From Prolixibacteraceae bacterium (GTDB lineage: Bacteria > Bacteroidota > Bacteroidia > Bacteroidales > Prolixibacteraceae): DNA of 40,713 bases. Below the pieces are notes generated by a model that searched no databases, was not told the origin of the DNA, and worked only from the letters and a program-made list of their open reading frames with translations. The DNA is taken from positions 1 to 40,713 of the forward strand of contig DAIMEA010000001.1 in assembly GCA_036725585.1 (NCBI GenBank), given 5' to 3'. Made by a program: the position numbers and the translations under genes. This document shows, in pieces, positions 27,960-40,713 of the stretch (the stretch's first letter is position 1; every line of letters begins with the position of its first letter).

Positions 27960-28337
27960 TCAATGGTTTAAATATTTCAGGACGGTGTCGAGTAAATCCT
28001 TTGAACGAATCGGTTTTGCCAGATAATCATCGCAGCCTGCTTCAATGGCCTTTGATCGGTCGTCGGACATGGCAAAGGCGGTTTGGGCGATAATAATAAT
28101 GCCCGGGTCAATTTTTTTGATTTCCCGGGTGGCATCGTATCCATTCATCTCGGGCATTTGCAAGTCCATCAATATTACTGCAACTTTGGGATGATCTTTA
28201 ACGTAGTTGACAGCTTCCAGGCCGTTTTTTACCCAGTCGATTTTTGCATCCAGTTTGGTAAGTACAGCATTCAAATAGAGGTAATTCGACTCAACATCCT
28301 CAACAATTAACAGTAACGGTTTCTCTTGCTCGTTCAT
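27960..28337 (-). CDS. single-domain response regulator (CheY-like receiver)
   Basis: LLIVEDVESN, ILMDLQMPEMNG (phospho-acceptor Asp) and YLAKPI motifs. It is 125 aa with no output domain. Confidence 0.9.
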   Translation of the reverse strand: MNEQEKPLLLIVEDVESNYLYLNAVLTKLDAKIDWVKNGLEAVNYVKDHPKVAVILMDLQMPEMNGYDATREIKKIDPGIIIIAQTAFAMSDDRSKAIEAGCDDYLAKPIRSKDLLDTVLKYLNH

Positions 28338-28401
28338 TTTGGTGAGATTTAATTATGCTCTAAAAGTAATCAATCATTTTTATTTTGTCAAGAATAAAAA
28401 A

Positions 28402-30243
28402 TCAAACGTGGGAAGTTCCGTTTCCCTGTTTAATCGTTAAGCGAAAGGTAGACCCTTTCCCTTCTTTCGATTCAACTTCAATTGATCCGCCCATAAGTTC
28501 CATAAGCCCCTTCGATATAGTCAAACCGATTCCCGTGCCTCCATATAAGCGGTTTTTGTCGTTGTTAACTTTGGTAAAGCGATCAAAGATGACACCCATT
28601 TTGTCTTTTGGTATACCAATACCTGTGTCGCGGACGAAGAGGGAGACCTGTTTTTCGAGGATTTCGTAACCAATTTCAATTTCCCCTTTGTCGGTAAATT
28701 TTACCGCATTCGATATTAGGTGATTCAGCACCTGATTCAGGCGATGCCGGTCGGAAAGCACACGAACTCCGTTTTCAGAGGCCTTGGTTCGTATAAGCTT
28801 TATTTCGGGTTTGTTTTCTGAAATGAGAATTTTTTCGGCATGATCGCAAACAGCGTCGAAGAGCGGATTAAGATTAAATTCGCTTATGCTGACACTCATT
28901 TGGTCGGCTTCGAGCTTTGAAAAATCGACGATGGAATCAATCATGGTCAGCAATGAATTCCCGTTGCTCTGGATGACATCGATATAGGTGTTCCGCTCTT
29001 CGGGGTTAAGGGCTTCTTCCCGGAGCATATTGGTAAAACCAATAATGGCATTCATCGGAGTTCGGATTTCGTGGCTCATATTGGCCAGGAAAAGGGACTT
29101 TAACTTATCGGCTTCAACAGCTTTGTCTTTAGCTTTGATGATTTCGTCGCGGGCTTTGGCCACCTGTGTAATATCTTCCACAATTCCTTCAAGCGTCATT
29201 TCCCGAAATCCTTCTTCGAGTAAGGCCAGTGTAAGATTGGCAATAAAATGCTCCCCGTTCTTCCGTTTCATCATGATCTCGGTGTTGACTTCCTTGGTTT
29301 CCATAATGGTTTCAAGGATGAGGTTGCCGAGTTCGGGATCAACCAGCAGGTCCGATTTAAAGAGCTGTGTCAGATCGTCATCGGTCGAATAGCCAAACAT
29401 TTTTTTGAAACGATGGTTGTATTCCACAACCCGCATTTCTTTGTCGAGACGGAAGATGGCCAGGGGCGCGTTATCAAAGAGTGCCTTAAACTTAGCCTGA
29501 CTTTCGAGCATGGCCTCTTCGGTATACTTAATATCCGTGATATCGCGGGTGATACCTACGGTGCCAATGCATTTGTTTTTTTTATTGATGAGGGGTATTT
29601 TCGTGTCGGTGAGGTAGCGGATTTGGCCATCCTGGACTATCCGGTGTAATTGGTTGACAACGGGTTGACGTGTCCGGATGATTTCCTGTTCTACATTGTA
29701 AGCTTCCTGGGCATGTTCAAAGTAATCGAAATCCGACTTACCTACTGCTTCCGAAGGGTTTTTATGCCCAAGTAAATTCGCTTGTGCTTTATTAATCCGG
29801 GTGAATTTACTTTCCAGGTCTTTAAAATATATGGTATCCGGAATGTTGTCGATCAGGGCCTGCATCATATTTTTTTCCTCTTCGAGATGTTTCTGACGGT
29901 TCCCTTTTAAGAAGTAGGTTGCTCCAACAAATATGCCCAGGATCAGAAATCCCAGTAAGATAACCATGGCACTGCTGATGGTAATTTTCCCCGTTTTTTC
30001 ATCATAACCAATGTATTCAATCTCCTCTTCCACCTGGATATTCAATAAACATTGGAGGAAAATGCTGTTTAAATTCGATGGGAAATCCATACGGCTGTTC
30101 CCCTGATCTCTTTCCGAAGAAAACGATATCAGGGCAAGATGCCTTTTTGCAGCAGGATGGGCAAAACCGGTAACGACAGGCCCACTCCACAAAAGAATAG
30201 CTGCGATCATCGACAAAAGAAATGTTGTTAATCCCTTACGCAT
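28402..30243 (-). CDS. PAS-domain sensor histidine kinase
   Basis: Two TM segments flank a periplasmic loop of about 70 aa. These are followed by two PAS-like regions, HisKA (SHEIRTPMNAIIGF) and HATPase (DTGIGIP, GGTGIGLTISK). The start is taken at ATG 30243 (MRKGLTTF...). The track start at 30255 is a TTG. Confidence 0.9.
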   Translation of the reverse strand: MRKGLTTFLLSMIAAILLWSGPVVTGFAHPAAKRHLALISFSSERDQGNSRMDFPSNLNSIFLQCLLNIQVEEEIEYIGYDEKTGKITISSAMVILLGFLILGIFVGATYFLKGNRQKHLEEEKNMMQALIDNIPDTIYFKDLESKFTRINKAQANLLGHKNPSEAVGKSDFDYFEHAQEAYNVEQEIIRTRQPVVNQLHRIVQDGQIRYLTDTKIPLINKKNKCIGTVGITRDITDIKYTEEAMLESQAKFKALFDNAPLAIFRLDKEMRVVEYNHRFKKMFGYSTDDDLTQLFKSDLLVDPELGNLILETIMETKEVNTEIMMKRKNGEHFIANLTLALLEEGFREMTLEGIVEDITQVAKARDEIIKAKDKAVEADKLKSLFLANMSHEIRTPMNAIIGFTNMLREEALNPEERNTYIDVIQSNGNSLLTMIDSIVDFSKLEADQMSVSISEFNLNPLFDAVCDHAEKILISENKPEIKLIRTKASENGVRVLSDRHRLNQVLNHLISNAVKFTDKGEIEIGYEILEKQVSLFVRDTGIGIPKDKMGVIFDRFTKVNNDKNRLYGGTGIGLTISKGLMELMGGSIEVESKEGKGSTFRLTIKQGNGTSHV

Positions 30244-30462
30244 AATCCCCTTCAATTATTAACAGGGTTTGAAAATACTCATTTTCTTTAAAACGCAGAA
30301 TGTTCCGGGGCATTAATTTTTCAGTGTCAAAAAATTACCCTATCCCGCTACATAAAAGAGAAGCCAGGAACGAAAGCTGGATACAGTGAAAATCGGTTTT
30401 TAAAAAAGAGTTTGATATATCGGATCTCTTTCTTTTTTTGCGATTCTCAACATGTTTTTTTT

Positions 30463-31665
30463 TTAAATGGAGACCCGTCCGGGGTATACGTTAAGGGCTT
30501 CTTCCAGAATTTTTAGTGCGATAGCCAGGTCTTCCTTTTTCAAGACATAGGCAATACGGACTTCATTCTTCCCCAGTCCGGGGGTTGTGTAAAATCCAGA
30601 AGCAGGAGCCATGAAAATGGTTTGGTTTTCGTAAGCGAAGTCGCTCAGCAACCATTCGCAAAATTTGTCCGAATCGTCGACGGGCAGTCGTGCTACCGTG
30701 TAGAAAGCGCCCATGGGGATGGGCGAATAGACCCCATTAATCCGGTTAAGACCATCAATCAGGAACTTGCGGCGTTCGACGTATTCATTGTATACTTCCA
30801 GCATATATTCAGCGGGTGTATCGAGCGATGCTTCGGCTGCAATTTGCCCGATTAGGGGGGGGCTTAAACGAGCCTGGCAGAATTTGATGACGCTGCTTCG
30901 AACGGCCTTGTTCTTGGTGATCAATGCCCCGATACGAAGGCCACATTCGCTGTACCGTTTTGATACCGAGTCGATCAGGATTACATTGTTTTCAATACCC
31001 GATAAATGAAAGGCTGAAATATAGGGGGCGCCGGTGTAGCAAAATTCACGATATACTTCGTCTGAAAAAAGATAAAGATCGTATTTTCGGACCAAGTCGC
31101 GGATTTTGTTCATTTCCGACTGGGTATAGAGATAACCGGTCGGATTGTTCGGATTGCAGATCAGAATACCTTTTGTTTTCGGTGTAATGAGCTTTTCGAA
31201 TTTTTCAACCGGGGGCAAAGAGAAACCATCTTCAATCCGCGAAGGAATGGTTTTAACCACTGCTCCGGCTACGATGGCGAAAGCCGTGTAATTGGCATAG
31301 GAGGGTTCCGGCACAATAATTTCATCGCCCGGGTCGAGGCAGGCCAGAAAGGCGTAGGTTACGGCTTCAGAACCTCCGGATGTAACAATAATGTCCTGTG
31401 CGGATAGCTGAATGTTAAATTTCTGGTAATAATGCACCAACTTTTCACGATAGGAGCGGATTCCCTCGCTGGGACTGTATTCGAGTACTTCTCGTTGTAT
31501 ATTCCGGATTGCTTCGAGGGCAACTTGGGGTGTGGGCAAATCGGGTTGGCCAATATTCAGATGATAGACTTTTTTCCCTTCTGCTTTCGCTTTGTCGGCC
31601 ATCGGAACCAACTTTCTGATGGGCGATTCCGGCATTCTGATCCCACGTTTTGAAATTTCTGGCAT
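30463..31665 (-). CDS. class I PLP-dependent aminotransferase (AspC-like)
   Basis: MPESPIRKL, HLNIGQPD, CNPNNPTG and PLP-lysine SVSKRYSECGLRIG motifs. Length is 400 aa. Confidence 0.9.
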   Translation of the reverse strand: MPEISKRGIRMPESPIRKLVPMADKAKAEGKKVYHLNIGQPDLPTPQVALEAIRNIQREVLEYSPSEGIRSYREKLVHYYQKFNIQLSAQDIIVTSGGSEAVTYAFLACLDPGDEIIVPEPSYANYTAFAIVAGAVVKTIPSRIEDGFSLPPVEKFEKLITPKTKGILICNPNNPTGYLYTQSEMNKIRDLVRKYDLYLFSDEVYREFCYTGAPYISAFHLSGIENNVILIDSVSKRYSECGLRIGALITKNKAVRSSVIKFCQARLSPPLIGQIAAEASLDTPAEYMLEVYNEYVERRKFLIDGLNRINGVYSPIPMGAFYTVARLPVDDSDKFCEWLLSDFAYENQTIFMAPASGFYTTPGLGKNEVRIAYVLKKEDLAIALKILEEALNVYPGRVSI

Positions 31666-31874
31666 AAAAAACTTGCTTTAAAACAAATCGCGTAAAGATA
31701 TAACGAACAAATCGAAATAAAAAACAGGGTTTTCTCCTGAAATTTTCTTGAATAGACGAAGGTTCTCTGATAATTTGAAACTCCAAAGCCTGTATTCAAA
31801 TTGTGAAATCCAAATCAAGAGTATTTGGCCCTGCGGGAATGGTATTTATCATGTTTTGCCGCTTGCATCCCTTC

Positions 31875-31882
31875 TAATTTTG
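31875..31882 (+). promoter_or_regulatory. possible -7 promoter box TAATTTTG for ald
   Basis: TAnnTTTG match about 72 nt upstream of the ald ATG. The coordinates are not anchored to a track ORF and may be off by 1-2 nt. Confidence 0.25.
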
Positions 31883-31953
31883 TAGAAAACAGTTTGCATC
31901 CGGTCCGGGCTTTCCGGCAGGAGTGGTACATTATATTAATATAGAATAGAAAA

Positions 31954-33066
31954 ATGAAAATTGGGATACCCAAAGAAATTAAAAATAACGAAAACAGAGT
32001 TTCGTTAACCCCGGCAGGGGCAGCTGAATTGACAAAAAGGGGCCATGAACTGTATGTTCAATCTGGGGCCGGACTGGGCAGTGGATTTCAGGATGAAGAC
32101 TACGAAAGCGCAGGAGCAATCCTGCTTTCCGATATCGGTTCTGTGTACGGTGTTGCGGATATGATCATTAAAGTTAAGGAGCCCATTGATTTGGAATATC
32201 CTTTAATAAGAGAAGGCCAAATTTTGTATACGTATTTTCATTTTGCTTCTTCTGAACGTTTAACCCGGGCCATGATTGATTCGAAGGCCATTTGTTTGGC
32301 GTATGAAACGGTTGAGCTGGAAGACGGCTCTTTGCCTTTACTTATTCCGATGTCGGAAGTGGCCGGTAGAATGTCGGTCCAGGAAGGAGCCAAATATCTG
32401 GAAAAAACATACGGGGGCCGTGGTGTTCTACTGGGGGGTGTTCCCGGAGTACAACCCGCAAAAGTTCTGATTATTGGTGGGGGAATTGTTGGAACCGAAG
32501 CTGCAAAAATGGCTGCCGGATTAGGTGCAGATGTCACCATTATGGATGTGAATCTGAAACGGTTGCGATACCTCGACGATATCATGCCGGCCAATGTGAA
32601 GACGATGATGAGCAACCATTTCAACATACGGGATATGGTTAAGACACATGATCTGATCATTGGAGCCGTATTGATTCCAGGCGCCAAAGCACCCTCACTA
32701 ATCACCCGGGATCTGCTTCCGACCATGAAACCCGGAACAGTCCTGGTTGATGTTGCCATTGACCAGGGAGGGTGCATAGAAACATCCCATCCAACAACAC
32801 ACGATCATCCCACTTTCGTGATTGATGAGGTAATCCATTATTCTGTAGCCAATATGCCCGGCGCTGTACCCCGAACCTCAACCATTGCCCTTACAAATGC
32901 CACCTTGCCGTATGCCCTTAAGATTGCACAAAATGGTTGGAAAATAGCATGTAAAATGGATTTGGCATTAAAAAAAGGACTGAATATTGTCGATGGAAAG
33001 GTTGTTTATGAAGGTGTGGCTGAGGCATTTAACCTTAATTATGTACATATCGACACATTTATATAA
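31954..33066 (+). CDS. ald: alanine dehydrogenase
   Basis: MKIGIPKEIKNNENRVSLTPAG, the NAD-binding motif VLIIGGGIVGTEAAKMA, and DVAIDQGG. Length is 370 aa. Confidence 0.93.
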   Translation: MKIGIPKEIKNNENRVSLTPAGAAELTKRGHELYVQSGAGLGSGFQDEDYESAGAILLSDIGSVYGVADMIIKVKEPIDLEYPLIREGQILYTYFHFASSERLTRAMIDSKAICLAYETVELEDGSLPLLIPMSEVAGRMSVQEGAKYLEKTYGGRGVLLGGVPGVQPAKVLIIGGGIVGTEAAKMAAGLGADVTIMDVNLKRLRYLDDIMPANVKTMMSNHFNIRDMVKTHDLIIGAVLIPGAKAPSLITRDLLPTMKPGTVLVDVAIDQGGCIETSHPTTHDHPTFVIDEVIHYSVANMPGAVPRTSTIALTNATLPYALKIAQNGWKIACKMDLALKKGLNIVDGKVVYEGVAEAFNLNYVHIDTFI

Positions 33067-33215
33067 TTGTGTATTTTATACGCTTACGCTTTTTTTTTGA
33101 AAAAGTCAATACCTTTTTGAAAAAAAAATGATTTTTTAAATAACAGAAATATAGAAGTTTAATAAATGTACGCTCCGAGGCAATTGAAAAATATGAAAAA
33201 AATCATCAAAAAAAA

Positions 33216-33247
33216 TTTGGAAGATATTGGATAAGGGTTTATATTTG
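33216..33247 (+). promoter_or_regulatory. full Bacteroidetes-type promoter: TTTG (-33), 20-nt spacer, TATATTTG (-7)
   Basis: TTTG at 33216-33219 and TATATTTG at 33240-33247. The spacing fits the N19-21 window of the known consensus. This is the best two-element promoter match I found in the window. Confidence 0.45.
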
Positions 33248-33252
33248 TATCA

Positions 33253-33366
33253 GAAATCAATTACAAACATGATTGATTTCAGTCAGATCAAGTCTTTTTC
33301 ATGTTTGGCGTTTTAGTTTGGGGGATAGTTTTTTGGGAGACATCAGACGATGTCTCCTTTTTTTTT
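33253..33366 (+). ncRNA. candidate small RNA of about 110 nt (no family assignment)
   Basis: It starts about 6 nt after the -7 box with a perfect 9-bp hairpin, GAAATCAAT-N10-ATTGATTTC (33253-33280). A U-rich linker follows, then a strong intrinsic terminator. The only ORFs inside are 15 codons or fewer. Confidence 0.3.
33336..33366 (+). terminator. strong intrinsic terminator
   Basis: GGAGACATC-AGAC-GATGTCTCC forms a perfect 9-bp stem, followed directly by nine T residues (33358-33366). Confidence 0.75.
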
Positions 33367-33450
33367 CTATCATCTCAAATTTAATTTTCTGTATATCAAT
33401 ATAATACCAAAAAATTTTTTTCATTCCTGTCCATCTTTTGAATTTACTTT

Positions 33451-37419
<3,969 letters not shown>

Positions 37420-37465
37420 TTTTATCCCGTTCATTTCGTATTATTGTATTTTATTGTAGAGAGAA

Positions 37466-40400
37466 ATGGCCAAAGCTACGGGTACCTTTTTTTTAACACT
37501 AACTGTCGTTCTGTTTGTTTTAACAGGGGATGCATCCGATTTGAAGTTTTTCAATATCAACTCGATGTTTGGTATTTCGATTCGGGAGGTCAATAACGTA
37601 TGCAAAGACCATAACGGATTTGTTTGGGCAGCCTCGAAAACCGGAATGCTTCGAATTACCGAGGATGAATACCGGCTTTATTCTCTGCCCTACGAATATG
37701 CCAGTATCGTGAATATCAAAACGGTCTACCGCGATTCGCTTTTGTTGGTATACACCAGTAACGGGCAGGTTTTTATATATAACGAAATCCTCGATCGCTT
37801 TGAGCGCTTCATCAATCTCAAGAAGGAGTTGAACAGCGTATTTATGTCGACCCATTCCATCTTAATTGGAAGCGATCACTCTCTGTGGATCAGCACCACG
37901 CTGGGCTTTTATCAATATTTAAACGGACAACTTATTCCCAGGGGAAACTTCAATTCGGGCGTGAGCTTTTTAGCATGGAAAACCGATCAGAGCATCATTG
38001 TAACGACCAGAAACCGCTTGTTCTTGTATCAGATACCCTCCGATTGTACCCTTCCTTTGGATACCGGAAATACAGAAAGTCTTCCAGCATTTAATTCAAT
38101 AATGATGGATTCATCCCGAAATATTTTGTGGATCGGGACGCTTTCAGAAGGTTTGTTCTATTATGATTTTGCCGATGAGCGAACGGTAAAATTTTCCGAC
38201 GACTCTTTTCCCCGACAGCCAGTAAAGTCTCTGGTTTACAATTATGATTCGACCCTGTTTGTGGGTATCGACGGACAAGGTATCTGGCAGATCGACCCGA
38301 CCAGTCGGAAAGTGATCGATGTGCACAAGGATAACATCGACGATCCGACTTCTTTACGGGGAAACGGAGTGTACGACATATTCCGGGATGAGAACAACCG
38401 GGTGTGGGTATGTACGTATAGTGATGGACTTTCGTATTTTGACCAGGTATCTCCGATGGTCAGTCAGATAACACATCAGATCAACAATCCAAATTCCTTA
38501 GTCAATAATCATATTAACAGTGTTATACAGGATCGGAAAGGTCGCTTATGGCTGGGCACCAATAACGGCATTAGCTGTTGGGACGTGAAAAATAATGTCT
38601 GGCGGAATTTTTATTCCGACCAAAAGGATAAGACAAAAGTATTTTTAACTCTTTGCGAAGACAGAAAAGGCAGGATTTGGGCAGGAACGTACGCTTCGGG
38701 GATTTATGTTCTGGATGCTGAAACAGGCGCCGAACGTCACCATTATTCTTCAAAAAATGTTCAATCACCTGGAGAAGCTGCCCTTTTTTTTAATTATATA
38801 TTTGACATATACGAAGATCGTGAGGGGGATTTGTGGATTGGCGGGGTAAATACCGAAGTGATGCGGTATCATATTAACGAAGACCGCTTTGAACGATTTG
38901 GGATTCAGCCTCTTTATGTGTTTGATGAATATACGAATGACCGTTTGTTGCTTGGGTGTACCTATGGACTTGGAATAAAAGATAAAAGACTCAACAATGC
39001 CCGGATCATGGCTAGCGGTTTTATTGTCGAGGACCTTTTGGTTTCCGATAGCATTATCTGGATTTGTACCAATGGCGACGGACTGATCCGGTACAATCCA
39101 TCGAATGAAGAAAAACTTCAATTTTCCAGCGTGATCGGATTGCCCTCCAACTTTATCAACAGCATTGTGCGCGCCGGGGAGTACTTTTGGTTGGGTACCG
39201 AAGACGGGCTTTGCCGGTTTCATCCCGAATACAAAACCGTACAGACGTACTCGTCCGTGCCCGGTTTGTCAAATGTATCGTTCAACAGGAATGCAGTATG
39301 CAAATTAAACGATGGCCAACTGGCCTGGGGATCGAATAAGGGCTTGATTCTGTTTCATCCCGATTCCATTCACGAAACCGTACACCCCGGAAGGATCTTT
39401 ATTCAGGATCTGAGCATTTCCGGACGCTCGATTCGCGAAACAACCTCGTTGAAGCTGGATCGACCGGTTAATATGCTCAGAGAAATTAAATTGAAACATT
39501 ATCAAAATACCATCACACTCGAATTATTGCCCATTGGTGTAGCCCCGGGTTCTCGATTTTCCTGGAAGCTCGAAGGGCTGGAAGACAACTGGAGCCCCCC
39601 ATCGAACAACCGGATGGTCACTTTTTCAAACATTAGCAGTAAAAACTTCAACCTGCGGATACGCTTGTACGACAGTTCGCTCTCGGGTATCATCGACGAA
39701 CGGTCACTTGCAATAAGCATTAAACCTCCTTTTTGGAGTACCTGGTACTTTTTTGTTCTCGTTTTCGTGTTTATCACCGGAATCTTTTACCTGATTTTTT
39801 GGTACTATATCGCTTCTCTCAAGCAGCAACATACCGAAGAAAAGGTGCGATTCTTTACGAACACGGCCCACGATATCCGCACTTCGCTTACCCTGGTTAA
39901 AGCCCCGGTGGAGGAACTCAGCAAAGAAGAAGCCCTTTCCCGTAAAGGGCGTTATTATCTGGATCTGGCCAAACAACAGGTGAATCGTCTTTCGGCGGTG
40001 GTCACCCAACTTATGGATTTTCAGAAAGTCGACATAGGCCGGGGCCAATTGGTGTGGAAGAATCTTGACCTGGTTCCTCTGATCCGGAACCGCTTCCTGA
40101 TGTTCGAATCCCTGGCTCAGGGAACGGGATTAACGCTTTCTTTCCATTGCGAACGTGCTTCTTTTATTACAGCAATCGACGAAGTGAAAGTTGAGAAGAT
40201 TGTCGACAACCTGGTTTCCAATGCTATAAAATATTCTCTCCCTGGAGGAACGGTCTCGGTCAACCTGAAATTTCTCGACACAAAATGGCAAATGGACGTT
40301 TCGGACCAGGGTATTGGTATGGACAAAAAGGCCCAACGGCATTTGTTTAAGGAATTTTACCGGGCAGAAAACGCCATCAATTCTCGAATTGTTGGTTCCG

Positions 40401-40713
40401 GGATTGGACTTTTGTTGGTAAAAAGCTATGTAAACCTGATGGGGGGATCCATTTTTTGTTCCAGCCAGGAGAATGAAGGTTCGGTTTTTCAGGTTATTAT
40501 TCCGGTTAAAAGATTAGCCGAGGGGGATATAGAAACCCGGGAGCCCGTCGGATCGGCTTTGGATGAACCATCCGTTATCGACTCGGTTGTTTCACCAGAG
40601 CCTGCAGTCGCCGTACAACCTGTTGCCACGATGAATGTTCTGATTGTTGAAGACAACGATGATCTTCGGGGATTTTTGCACAGCATCCTTTCCGATGAGT
40701 TTCATGTTTTTTC
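37466..40713 (+). CDS. second, paralogous hybrid two-component system protein (HTCS), truncated at the 3' end by the window edge within its receiver domain
   Basis: Absent from the ORF track because it has no stop in the window. My translation from ATG 37466 gives MAKATGTFFLTLTVVLFVLTGDASDLKFFNINSMFGISIREVNNVCKDHNGFVWAASK... I saw no stop codon in this frame out to 40713 (...NVLIVEDNDDLRGFLHSILSDEFHVF). The frame was checked against the track ORF at 37885. It is collinear with HTCS1, including the H-box FFTNTAHDIRTSL and G-box GSGIGLLLV. Confidence 0.88.
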   Translation, partial: MAKATGTFFLTLTVVLFVLTGDASDLKFFNINSMFGISIREVNNVCKDHNGFVWAASKTGMLRITEDEYRLYSLPYEYASIVNIKTVYRDSLLLVYTSNGQVFIYNEILDRFERFINLKKELNSVFMSTHSILIGSDHSLWISTTLGFYQYLNGQLIPRGNFNSGVSFLAWKTDQSIIVTTRNRLFLYQIPSDCTLPLDTGNTESLPAFNSIMMDSSRNILWIGTLSEGLFYYDFADERTVKFSDDSFPRQPVKSLVYNYDSTLFVGIDGQGIWQIDPTSRKVIDVHKDNIDDPTSLRGNGVYDIFRDENNRVWVCTYSDGLSYFDQVSPMVSQITHQINNPNSLVNNHINSVIQDRKGRLWLGTNNGISCWDVKNNVWRNFYSDQKDKTKVFLTLCEDRKGRIWAGTYASGIYVLDAETGAERHHYSSKNVQSPGEAALFFNYIFDIYEDREGDLWIGGVNTEVMRYHINEDRFERFGIQPLYVFDEYTNDRLLLGCTYGLGIKDKRLNNARIMASGFIVEDLLVSDSIIWICTNGDGLIRYNPSNEEKLQFSSVIGLPSNFINSIVRAGEYFWLGTEDGLCRFHPEYKTVQTYSSVPGLSNVSFNRNAVCKLNDGQLAWGSNKGLILFHPDSIHETVHPGRIFIQDLSISGRSIRETTSLKLDRPVNMLREIKLKHYQNTITLELLPIGVAPGSRFSWKLEGLEDNWSPPSNNRMVTFSNISSKNFNLRIRLYDSSLSGIIDERSLAISIKPPFWSTWYFFVLVFVFITGIFYLIFWYYIASLKQQHTEEKVRFFTNTAHDIRTSLTLVKAPVEELSKEEALSRKGRYYLDLAKQQVNRLSAVVTQLMDFQKVDIGRGQLVWKNLDLVPLIRNRFLMFESLAQGTGLTLSFHCERASFITAIDEVKVEKIVDNLVSNAIKYSLPGGTVSVNLKFLDTKWQMDVSDQGIGMDKKAQRHLFKEFYRAENAINSRIVGSGIGLLLVKSYVNLMGGSIFCSSQENEGSVFQVIIPVKRLAEGDIETREPVGSALDEPSVIDSVVSPEPAVAVQPVATMNVLIVEDNDDLRGFLHSILSDEFHVF

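Noticed and set aside
32238-32777. 179-aa minus-strand ORF.
   Set aside because: It is antisense within ald, with a Pro/Ser/Arg-rich composition typical of shadow frames.
33193-33316. Mini-ORFs MKKIIKKNLEDIG (13 codons, 33193-33234) and MIDFSQIKSFSCLAF (15 codons, 33269-33316).
   Set aside because: They are too short and too low in information to support as genes from sequence alone. The first lies upstream of the predicted promoter. The start codon of the second is buried in the hairpin loop and stem.
38765-40048. Minus-strand ORFs of 152, 66, 91 and 114 aa. They are the only track entries in this stretch.
   Set aside because: The track omits the real plus-strand gene (HTCS2) because it has no stop within the window. 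These ORFs are antisense shadows of it.

Overview
This window looks like a chromosomal, mostly housekeeping segment of a Bacteroidota genome. Supporting signs are TAnnTTTG-type -7 promoter boxes in front of many genes, no obvious Shine-Dalgarno sequences, hybrid two-component (HTCS) regulators with Y_Y_Y and AraC domains, and a HemD-like/DUF4271-like gene pair. I support about 30 protein-coding genes: dxs, an OmpA-family lipoprotein, a methyltransferase, a 922-aa membrane-anchored unknown plus an outer-membrane barrel, a U32 peptidase, a HemD-like protein, polA, queD, an ArsR regulator, two polyprenyl synthases, frr, a CPBP protease, a ComB-like phosphatase, a PatB-like lyase, atpDC, an RND/MMPL transporter, a Na/Pi transporter, an S41 protease, a PAS histidine kinase with a receiver protein, an aminotransferase, ald and two tandem HTCS genes. 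Two real genes are missing from the supplied ORF track because their frames run off the window edges: dxs (1-1153, minus) and the second HTCS (37466-40713, plus). Several track starts are TTG or GTG codons, and I re-evaluated them by hand. I recognised no rRNA, tRNA, CRISPR array, transposase, integrase or known defence gene. I do not see compelling evidence for a wholly new multi-gene system. The best candidates for follow-up are: (1) a promoter-hairpin-terminator unit (candidate small RNA) in the long AT-rich gap upstream of the HTCS pair; (2) the uncharacterised 922-aa propeller-like protein with its adjacent barrel carrying a basic C-terminal tail; (3) an RND/MMPL transporter overlapping a short-chain polyprenyl synthase; (4) a translationally coupled ComB-like/PatB-like pair preceded by repeated palindromes. 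Hand-indexed small features were anchored to track ORF coordinates where possible but may be off by 1-2 nt.
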